This document shows positions 1 through 7,189 of a DNA stretch of 8,774 nucleotides, piece after piece (within the stretch, counting starts at the first letter, position 1; every line of letters begins with the position of its first letter). A program made the translations under genes and the position numbers. The DNA is from Octopus sinensis (lineage: Eukaryota). The notes beneath the pieces are model-generated. The model was not told the origin of the DNA and did not search any database. It saw only the letters and a list, made by a program, of their open reading frames with translations. The DNA is taken from positions 1-8,774 of the forward strand of contig NW_021828313.1 in the NCBI RefSeq assembly GCF_006345805.1. The letters are read 5' to 3'.

Positions 1-1257
1 CGGGTTTGTAAGGGAAATACTATATAAGCATTTTTAGAGAGTTATAGCCAAACAATAGCAAAAAATGCATTAAAAATGCAAAAAAATGACGGTAAATTTT
101 TTTTAAATCGTTGACTCATCGTAGACATTTTTAGAGAGTTACTTCCCTTATATATGCCAAAAATGCATTAAAAATGAGCAACATTGATGGTAAATTTTTT
201 TTTAATCGTAGACTCATCGTAGATGCGTGCTAATACCCAAAAGGGCTCGATATGAATCACGACTATAAGATACCCGGTTTTGGTTAAACAGCACCGCAAA
301 ATGTGGGAGTTGTTAGGAATCTAAATCGTAGGAGACAGACACACAACTTCTCTTTTATATATATAGACTAGCAGTATCGCCCGGCGTTGCTCGGGTTTGT
401 AAGGGAAATAACTATATAAGCATTTTTAAGGAGTTATAGCTAAACAATAGCAAAAAAATGCATTAAAAATGCAAAAAAATAATGGTAAATTTTTTTTAAA
501 TCGTTGACTCATCGTAGACATTTTTAGAGAGTTACTTCCCTTATATAAAGGCGAAAAAATGCATTAAAATGGAAAAAAATGATGGTAATTTTTTTTTACA
601 TCGTAGACTCATCGTAGACATTTTTAGAGAGTTACTTCCCTTATATAATAGCGAAAAAATGCATTCAAATGGAAAAAATGATGGTAATTTTTTTTTTTAT
701 CGTAGACTCATCGTAGACGCGCGCTAATACTCAGAAGGGCTCGATATGAATCACGACTATAAGATACCCGGTTTTGGTTAAACTGCACCGCAAAATGTGG
801 GAGTAGTTAGGAATCTAAATCGTAGGAGACAGACACACAACTTCTCTTTTATATATATAGACTAGCAGTATCGCCCGGCGTTGCTCGGGTTTGTAAGGGA
901 AATAACTATATAAGCATTTTTAGAGAGTTATAGCTAAACAATAGCAAAAAAATGCATTAAAAATGGAAAAAAATGATGGTAAAATTTTTTTAAATCGTTG
1001 ACTCATCGTAGACATTTTTAGAGAGTTACTTCCCTTATATAATAGCGAAAAAATGCATTCAAATGGAAAAAAATGATGGTAAATTATTTTTTAAATCGTA
1101 GACTCATCGTAGACGCGCGCTAATACCCAGAAGGGCTCGATATGAATCACGACAATAAGATACCCGGTTTTGGTTAAACTGCACCGCAAAATGTGGGAGT
1201 AGTTAGGAATCTAAATCGTAGGAGACAGACACACAACCTTACTTTTATATATAAAGA
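1..1257 (-). mobile_element. Head-to-tail array of non-autonomous Helitron-like elements: units 862-1257 (396 bp), 368-861 (494 bp) and 1-367 (cut by the window edge)
   Basis: On the minus strand the array starts A|TCTTTATATATAAAAG at 1258|1257. Units end CCCGAGCAACGCCGGGCGATACTGCTAG, a GC-rich hairpin about 10 nt before CTAG. Internal junctions read CTAG|TCTATATATATAAAAG at 368|367 and 862|861. 5'-TC, 3'-CTRR, a subterminal hairpin and A|T insertion are canonical Helitron hallmarks. No Rep/helicase ORF. Confidence 0.82.
421..718. repeat. Internal ~98-100 bp tandem subrepeat of the Helitron unit (3 copies here, 2 in each neighbouring unit)
   Basis: Copies start at about 421, 519 and 619 (catttttagagagtta...atcgtagactcatcgtagac). 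The extra copy accounts for the 494 vs 396 bp unit lengths. Confidence 0.85.
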
Positions 1258-1355
1258 TTTCCCTTGACTCACTTATTGCAAGAAACGGAATTTCTTCAGG
1301 TATAATCATACATGTTTCTACATGTTGCATTGTAAACTGTAGTTTTCCACTAGTA

Positions 1356-1395
1356 CCGTAAATCCTCGAGTATAATCCGCATTTTTTCCCAAAAA
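1356..1395 (+). mobile_element. Tc2/pogo-type DNA transposon terminus (possible MITE extending to about 1696)
   Basis: TA|CCGTAAATCCTCGAGTATAATCCGCATTTTTTCCC resembles TcMar-Tc2 (MER104-like) termini as I recall them. A degenerate inverted copy followed by TA lies at about 1676-1698 (attcatactccaggttgactg|ta). Confidence 0.45.
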
Positions 1396-1836
1396 CAAAT
1401 ATCTTACAAACTATAGAATTTTCTCAATAAAGCCAAGAGAAAAAGATGTTTTATAAACACATTCTACCAGTATACGAAGTTTAAAAGTGTTTAGTTACGT
1501 GGAAATTATTTTACAAAACTGCCGGTCAAACCGAAAAGATCCCTTTCAACTTGATACTAACCTCATATCTTCGTCTTTTTGCTGGTGGTTGCATATTGGT
1601 ACGGCTATAAAATAATTATATAATTCACTTGACTAGACAGCTTGTGATTTTCTAGGAAATATAGACTAAACGACTATTCATACTCCAGGTTGACTGTAGC
1701 TTATTTAAAATATTTCAGTCACATGAGCCGCCATTATTGTATTGTTCTTAGCGTTTGTTATGATAGATATAAAATTTTGATAAAGACGAAGAAGAATCAG
1801 GTTCCTTTTAGGCGATATATGAAGAAATATGATATA

Positions 1837-1866
1837 TTAGGTTGTTTCACATGAAGTGTATTTGAA
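1837..1866. repeat. Mariner 3' terminal inverted repeat
   Basis: TA(1835-1836)|TTAGGTTGTTTCACATGAAGTG matches the TA-TTAGGTTG start typical of mariner TIRs, about 45 bp beyond the transposase stop. Confidence 0.75.
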
Positions 1867-1910
1867 AGGTAACAATAAAATGTTTCAGAAGTGTTAGAAA
1901 ACTGATTTAT

Positions 1911-1954
1911 TTAATCAAAGTATGACCGATATTCTGTTGTTACCTTTTATCCAA
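1911..1954 (-). pseudogene. Mariner transposase, extreme C-terminus (WIKVTTEYRSYFD*)
   Basis: Continues the 2861-3097 fragment across the SINE insertion once one extra T in this TSD copy is allowed for. Matches the Hsmar1-type ending RWQKCVDCNGSYFD* (from memory). Confidence 0.8.
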
Positions 1955-1955
1955 A

Positions 1956-2860
1956 GGCGGCGAGCTGGCAGAAACGTTAGCGCGCCGGGTGAAATGTTTA
2001 GCGGTATTTCGTCTGGCGTTACGTTCTGAGTTCAAATTCCGCCGAGGTCGACTTTGCCTTTCATCCTTTCGGGGTCGATATATAAGTAGCAGTTACGCAC
2101 TGGGGTCGATGTAATCGACTTAATCCGTTTGTCTGTCCTTGCTTGTCCCCTCTGTGTTTAGCCCCTTGTGGGTAGTAAAGAAATAGGTATTTCGTCTGCC
2201 GCTACGTTCTGAGTTCAAATTCCGCCGAAGTCGACTTTGCCTTCATCCTTTCGGGGTCGATAAATTAAGTACCAGTAACGCGCTGGGGTCGATATTATCG
2301 ACTTAATCCGTTTGTCTGTCCTTGTTTGTCCCCTCTGTGTTTAGCCCCTTGTGGGTAGTAAAGAAATAGGTATTTCGTCTGCCGCTACGTTCTGAGTTCA
2401 AATTCCGCTGAGGTCGACTTTGCATTTCATCCTTTCGGGGTCGATAAATTAAGTACCAGTTACGCACTGGGGTCGATGTAATCGACTTAATCCGTTTGTC
2501 TGTCCTTGTTTGTCCCCTCTGTGTTTAGCCCCTTGTGGGTAGTAAAGAAATAGGTATTTCGTCTGTCGTTACGTTCTGAGTTCAAATTCTGCCGAGGTCG
2601 ACTTTGCCTTTCATCCTTTCTGGTTCGATATAATCGACTTAATCCCTTTGTCTGTCCTTGTTTGTCCCCTCTGTGTTTAGCCCCTTGTGGGTAGTAAAGA
2701 AATAGGTATTTCGTCTGTCGTTACGTTCTGAGTTCAAATTCCGCCGAGGTCGACTTTGTCTTTCATCCTTTCGGGCTCGATATAATCGACTTAATCCGTT
2801 TGTCTGTCCTTGTTTGTCCCCTCTATGTTTAGCCCCTTGTGGGCAGTAAAGAAATATATA
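1956..2860 (+). mobile_element. tRNA-derived SINE family A, multimeric: one head plus 5 tandem bodies (starts 2003, 2186, 2369, 2553, 2705; 183/183/184/152/~152 bp)
   Basis: A box TGGCAGAAACG (1966-1976) occurs once; B box GTTCAAATT occurs in every unit (first 2030-2038). TSD is accttttatccaa (1942-1954) vs acctttatccaa (2861-2872). The central GCCTTTCATCCTTTCGGGGTCGATAAATTAAGTACCAG resembles the Meta-domain of MetaSINEs (recalled, unverified). Confidence 0.9.
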
Positions 2861-3097
2861 ACCTTTATCCAACGTTTCTCTAAGTCATATATCCCACCTT
2901 TAAAAATATTCATCTTTTGCTGTGATAAACTCTCCAAATGCTTCAGTTATCTCTTCTTTATTTAAGAATGTTTTATTATTTATGAAAAGCTCAAAATGCT
3001 TAAATAAGTGATTATCAATAGGAAAGATATTAGACGAATTGTGAGAATGTTGCAAAATCTCATTATTCAGGCTTTGCAACTTTTGGACCGTAGCTTG
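2861..3097 (-). pseudogene. Mariner transposase C-terminal catalytic fragment
   Basis: QATVQKLQSLNNEILQHSHNSSNIFPIDNHLFKHFELFINNKTFLNKEEITEAFGEFITAKDEYF, then after a stop and frameshift GIYDLEKRWIKV. Aligns with Hsmar1 QPTLQKLNELGYEVLPHPPYSPDLSPTDYHFFKHLDNFLQGKRFHNQQDAENAFQEF. The YSPDL motif is decayed; the third catalytic D is retained. Confidence 0.88.
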
Positions 3098-3099
3098 AG

Positions 3100-3192
3100 G
3101 ACTTATTCTATTGGCCTCTTTTGCCAAACTGCTAAGTTTCAGGGATGTAAACACACCAACATTAGTTGTCAAGCGATGGTGGGGGGACAAAC
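3100..3192 (-). mobile_element. Diverged 3' part of SINE family B (old copy), followed by a decayed TA/CA microsatellite to about 3300
   Basis: The reverse complement gtttgtccccccaccatcgcttgacaactaatgttggtgtgtttacatccctgaaacttagcagtttggcaaaagaggccaatagaataagt is homologous to 4994-5086. Confidence 0.85.
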
Positions 3193-3306
3193 AAATACAT
3201 ACATACATATATAATGTGATAAATAAAAATATATGCATACATACAAACATATATGTACGTACCTACATCTACATGTATATATACATGCATATATAAATAA
3301 TTATAC

Positions 3307-3792
3307 GTGAGTACAGGACACCACAATAAGACGTAGAAACGGGAAAAAAAACAAAAAAACAAAAAATAAGAAAACGAAAAAAACAGTTACAGGACGTGCT
3401 ACACAAGAAAAAAACCCCCGTCATCAGCTGTCGCTAGTAGACTCGAGCATGTTTCGAAGGCAAAGACAGAACACTAATCCACTAGGCCTTCCTGCGAGAG
3501 AATTAAAATAAAATTCCAAGCAGCGGGGCAAAATGAGTACGAACACGAAAAAGACGTAACAGTAAAACTGCAAAAATAGAATACATGTACAAAAAATACA
3601 AATAAATACATAACGAGAAAATAAAAAGAGAATACGATACAGGAAATCAAACACACAAGAGGACGAACGAAAAAACCTTTTTTTTCTGGCATAGACGAAG
3701 GATGCTGTGGCAGCGCGTGGAAGGCAGTCTTTTCAGTAGTAGGAGCAACGTGTAAAAGAAATTTTTATAGGCTGGCAGTAAGGAAGAAGGAA

Positions 3793-3795
<3 letters not shown>
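3307..3795. mobile_element. Unidentified A-rich, strand-asymmetric insert between microsatellites; possibly a Penelope-like or other retroelement non-coding end
   Basis: It separates the head and tail of a minus-strand SINE B and is flanked by TA-rich tracts. It carries GAAAC...GTC...CTGATGA on the minus strand (3455-3421). No protein homology recognised. Confidence 0.35.

Positions 3796-3865
<70 letters not shown>
3796..3865. repeat. (TA)n(TG)n microsatellite
   Basis: Directly visible. Confidence 0.97.
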
Positions 3866-3907
3866 AGTGGATTTGGCAGACAGAAACTGAAAGAAGCCAA
3901 TTGTGTG

Positions 3908-3949
<42 letters not shown>

Positions 3950-3973
3950 TACATATACATACATGTGTGTATG

Positions 3974-4005
<32 letters not shown>

Positions 4006-4068
4006 ATATATATACATATACATACACAATTGGCTTCTTTCAGTTTCTGTCTGCCAAATCCACTCACA
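3862..4068. repeat. Perfect 45-bp inverted repeat (3862-3906 / 4024-4068) around a (TA)n-rich spacer
   Basis: tgtgagtggatttggcagacagaaactgaaagaagccaattgtgt and its exact reverse complement. Confidence 0.93.
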
Positions 4069-4189
4069 AGGTTTTGGTCAGCTTGAGGCTATAGTAGAAG
4101 ACACTCGCCCAAAGTGCCACGCAGCAGGACTGAACCTGGAACGATTTGGTTGGGGAGCAAGCTTCTTACCACACAGCCACTCCTGCGCC
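4024..4189 (-). mobile_element. SINE family B 5' half (tRNA-like head plus CORE-like segment), diverged copy
   Basis: The reverse complement ggcgcaggagtggctgtgtggtaagaagcttgc...ggttcagtcctgctgcgtggcactttgggcgagtgtcttctactatagcc is homologous to 4758-4918. Confidence 0.88.
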
Positions 4190-4301
4190 TATATTTAAGT
4201 TGTTTGTTTAATAGTTTATGCAATTTACATTATCTGTTGTAAAAGTATTAAATGAAATACTTAATGTAATATATAAAACATATGCTAGGGTTGGAGGAAT
4301 A

Positions 4302-4685
4302 GGAGCACCCCGTCGGTTGCGACGATGAGGGTCCCAGCTGATACGATCAACGGAACAGCCTGCTCGTGATATTAACGTGCAAGTGGCTGAGCACTCCACA
4401 GACACGTGTACCCTTAACGTAGTTCTCGAGGAGATTCAGCGTGACACAGAGAGTGACAAGGCCGGCCCTTTGAAATACAGGTACAACAGAAACAGGAAGA
4501 AAGAGCGAGAGAAAGTTGTGGTGAAAGAGTACAGCAGGGATCACCACCATCCCCTGCCGGAGCCTCGTGGAGCTTTTAGGTGTTTTCGCTCAATAAACAC
4601 TCACAATGCCCGGTCTGGGAATCGAAACCGCGATCCTCCGACCGCGAGTCCGCTGCTCTAACCATTGTGCCATTGCGCCTCCACA
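4302..4685 (-). mobile_element. tRNA-derived SINE family C, full length
   Basis: The minus-strand head gtggaggcgcaaTGGCACAATGGttagagcagcggactcgcggtcgg has an A box, and B box GGTTTCGATTCC at 4629-4618. A perfect 13-bp TSD ggttggaggaata lies at 4289-4301 and 4686-4698. Confidence 0.9.
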
Positions 4686-4757
4686 GGTTGGAGGAATACA
4701 TAAGTGCAGAAAGAACATGTGAAAATACATACATATGTATATATATATATATACATA

Positions 4758-4929
4758 GGCGCAGGAGTGGCTGTGTGGTAAGTAGCTTGTTTACCAACCA
4801 CATGGTTCCGGGTTCAGTCCCACTGCGTGGCACCTTGGGCAAGTGTCTTCTACTATAGCCTCGGCCCGACCAATGCCTTGTGAGTGGATTTGGTAGACGG
4901 AAACTGAAAGAAGCCTGTTCGTACATATG

Positions 4930-4981
<52 letters not shown>

Positions 4982-5600
4982 TTGTGTGTCTGTGTTTGTC
5001 CCCCTAGCATTGCTTGACAACCGATGGTGGTGTGTTTTTGTCCCCGTCACCTAGCGGTTCGGCAAAAGAGACCGATAGAATAAGTACTGGGCTTACAAAG
5101 AATAAGTCCCGGGGTCGAGTGTTCGATTTAAGGTGGTGCTCCAGCATGGCCGCAGTCAAATGACTGAAACAAGTAAAAGAGTAAACTTAGCAGTTCGGCA
5201 AAAGAGACCGATAGAATAAGTACTGGGCTTACAAAGAATAAGTCCCGGGGTCGAGTTGTTCGATTTAAGGTGGTGCTCCAGCATGGCCGCAGTCAAATGA
5301 CTGAAACAAGTAAAAGAGTAAACGTAGCGGTTCGGCAAAAGAGACCGATAGAATAAGTACTGGGCTTACAAAGAATAAGTCCCGGGGTCGAGTTGTTCGA
5401 TTTAAGGTGGTGCACCAGCATGGCCGCAGTCAAATGACTGAAACAAGTAAAAGAGTAAACGTAGCGGTTCGGCAAAAGAGACCGATAGAATAAGTACTGG
5501 GCTTACAAAGAATAAGTCCCGGGGTCGAGTTGTTCGATTTAAGGTGGTGCTCCAGCATGGCCGCAGTCAAATGACTGAAACAAGTAAAAGAGTAAAAGAG
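4758..5600 (+). mobile_element. tRNA-derived CORE-like SINE family B with internal (TA)n(TG)n and a 3' tail repeated 4 times
   Basis: A box TGGCTGTGTGG, B box GGTTCAGTCC (4811-4820), CORE-like ACCTTGGGCAAGT (4832-4844), microsatellite about 4922-4995, end gagtaaaagag. A possible short TSD tatacat (4750-4756 / 5601-5607) is ambiguous because it lies in simple repeat. Confidence 0.88.
5052..5600 (+). repeat. Four tandem 136-137 bp copies of the SINE B 3' tail (starts 5052, 5188, 5325, 5462)
   Basis: Near-identical units tagcggttcggcaaaagagaccgatagaataagtact...gaaacaagtaaaagagtaaac. Confidence 0.95.
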
Positions 5601-5634
5601 TATACATGTATACACGCACGTAATTATTGGGACC

Positions 5635-5929
5635 CTGCGATATGTAACACATTGCGTTGAAGTGGGGCAAAATTGGGCCATCTCTATTCACTAATCGGGG
5701 TCGCTTCTTTTTCAAATTCTCACGCATAAAATCAATTTCCTGTCAATGCGTTGCTGCTGTTTCCGTTTTCCTTTGTTGCAAAAATGAATAATGAATAATT
5801 CCTTTCGCAGACCACCGTACAGAGACCACAAACATTTTAGGGTGCCACGCTGGGATTTGGTAGTGTTTAGGTGACTCTCCTGCATCTAATCACTGTCCAT
5901 TTCTCATCACAAGTAATGATTCAATGCAA
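5635..5929 (-). pseudogene. Mariner transposase central catalytic fragment
   Basis: LH*IITCDEKW (first catalytic D), a short deletion and frameshift, then *LDAGESPKHYQIPAWHPKMFVVSVRWSAKGIIHYSFLQQRKTETAATH*QEIDFMRENLKKKRPRLVNRDGPILPHFNAMCYISQ. Compare Hsmar1 WLDQEEAPKHFPKPILHPKKVMVTIWWSAAGLIHYSFL...LVNRKGPILLHDNARPHVAQ. The second catalytic D is mutated to F. Confidence 0.92.
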
Positions 5930-6712
5930 GGTGGCGAGCTGGCAGAATCGTTAGCACATCGGGCGAAATGCTTTGCGGTATTTCGGCTGCCGTTACGTTG
6001 TGAGTTCAAATTCCGCCGAGGTCGACTTTGCCTTTCACCCTTTCGGGGTCGATAAATTAAGTACCAGTTACGCGCTGGGGTCGATGTAATCGACTTAATA
6101 CCTATGTCTGTCCTTGCTTGTCCCCTCTGTGTTTAGCCCCTTGTGGGTAATAACGAAATAGGTATTTCGTCTGCCGTTACGTTGTGAGTTCAAATTCCGC
6201 CGAGGTCGACTTTGCCTTTCATCCTTTCGGGGTCGATAAATTAAGTACCAGTTACGCACTGGGGTCGATGTAATCGACTTAATCCCTTTGTCTGTCCTTG
6301 CTTGTCCCCTCTGTGTTTAGCCCCTTGTGTGTAGTAAAGAAATAGGTATTTCGTCTGCCGTTACGTTGTGAGTTCAAATTCCGCCGAGGTCGACTTTGCC
6401 TTTCATCCTTTCGGGGTCGATAAATTAAGTACCAGTTACGCACTGGAGTCGATGTAATCGACTTAATCCCTTTGTCTGTCCTTGCTTGTCCCCTCTGTGT
6501 TTAGCCCCTTGTGGGTAGTAAAGAAATAGGTGTTTCGGCTGCCGTTACGTTGTGAGTTCAAATTCCGCCGAGGTCGACTTTACCTTTCATCCTTTCGGGG
6601 TCGATAAATTAAGTAGCAGTTACGCACTGGGGTCGATGTAATCGACTTAATCCGTTTGTCTGTCCTTGCTTGTCCCCTCTGTGTTTAGCCCCTTGTGGGT
6701 AGTAAAGAAATA
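5930..6712 (+). mobile_element. tRNA-derived SINE family A, multimeric: one head plus 4 tandem 184-bp bodies (starts 5977, 6161, 6345, 6529)
   Basis: Single A box (TGGCAGAATCG), B box in each unit. TSD is gattcaatgcaa (5918-5929) vs gatttaatgcaa (6713-6724), 11 of 12 identical. Confidence 0.9.
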
Positions 6713-6943
6713 GATTTAATGCAAAAATGGTCTTTTTCCAGCCGGGAAAATAATCAAGAGCACAATTCGAGGCGCCTGTTTTTTTAAAATCTCGTTCAGT
6801 TGATGTGGAACAAACCTATCCGTTTTCTTGAGCTTTCCAGTTTTTTTTTACAAGTGTCCAAAAACAGTTGTGTGAGATGTTTGGAGTTCTAATGAAAGTT
6901 TTCGAACCTTTGTTCTCGGATTTTGTTCAAACAAAGCATTTAA
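6713..6943 (-). pseudogene. Mariner transposase second HTH and linker fragment
   Basis: LNALFEQNPRTKVRKLSLELQTSHTTVFGHL*KKTGKLKKTDRFVPHQLNE; FVPHQL (6797-6814) corresponds to the WVPHEL motif. After frameshifts it reads NRRLELCS*LFSRLEKD/PFLH, leading into ITCDEKW beyond the SINE. Confidence 0.88.
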
Positions 6944-6949
6944 TCCAAC

Positions 6950-7156
6950 ATGCATCCATCCATTCATCCATCCATCCATACGCACTACATAGATACGTAC
7001 GTACATACGTATATACATACATACATACATACATACATACATACATACATACATACATACATACATACATACATACATACACATACATACATACATATAT
7101 ATACATACATACATACACACACATACATACATACATACATACATACAGACAGACAG

Positions 7157-7189
<33 letters not shown>

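Larger units (their letters stand above)
1837..6943 (-). mobile_element. Fossil mariner DNA transposon (Hsmar1-like), fragmented by nested insertions; 5' part and left TIR not found
   Basis: Four collinear transposase fragments in the correct order on the minus strand, ending in a stop at 1911-1913 followed by a TIR and TA. Confidence 0.9.

Noticed and set aside
1273-1336. Possible 64-nt minus-strand exon (FTMQHVETCMIIPEEIPFLAI) ending at a GTGAGT donor next to the Helitron
   Set aside because: The acceptor lacks a polypyrimidine tract, the peptide is unrecognised and there are no partner exons. RNA-seq would be needed.
1349-1354. ACTAGT as another Helitron 3' end
   Set aside because: There is no GC-rich subterminal hairpin on either strand.
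1956-2860. CRISPR-like or satellite interpretation of the regular repeats
   Set aside because: There are no unique spacers, units are 137-184 bp, and the Pol III boxes and TSDs indicate SINEs in a eukaryote.
4225-4260. Minus-strand ILLQ-DN resembling the mariner LLHDNA motif
   Set aside because: The true collinear motif (GPILPHFNA) lies at about 5650-5680; this AT-rich match is probably chance.
3424-5050. Many ORFs rich in YI/VC/HT dipeptides or F/L/I
   Set aside because: They are translations of (TA)n, (TG)n and A-rich tracts or of SINE sequence, with no recognisable domain.
5156-5681. Three near-identical 60-83 aa ORFs
   Set aside because: They are antisense reading of the 137-bp SINE tail repeat.
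5811-5870. Plus-strand acceptor-like ttcctttcgcag and a short open frame
   Set aside because: Fully explained as the antisense strand of the mariner transposase (WSAKGIIHY).
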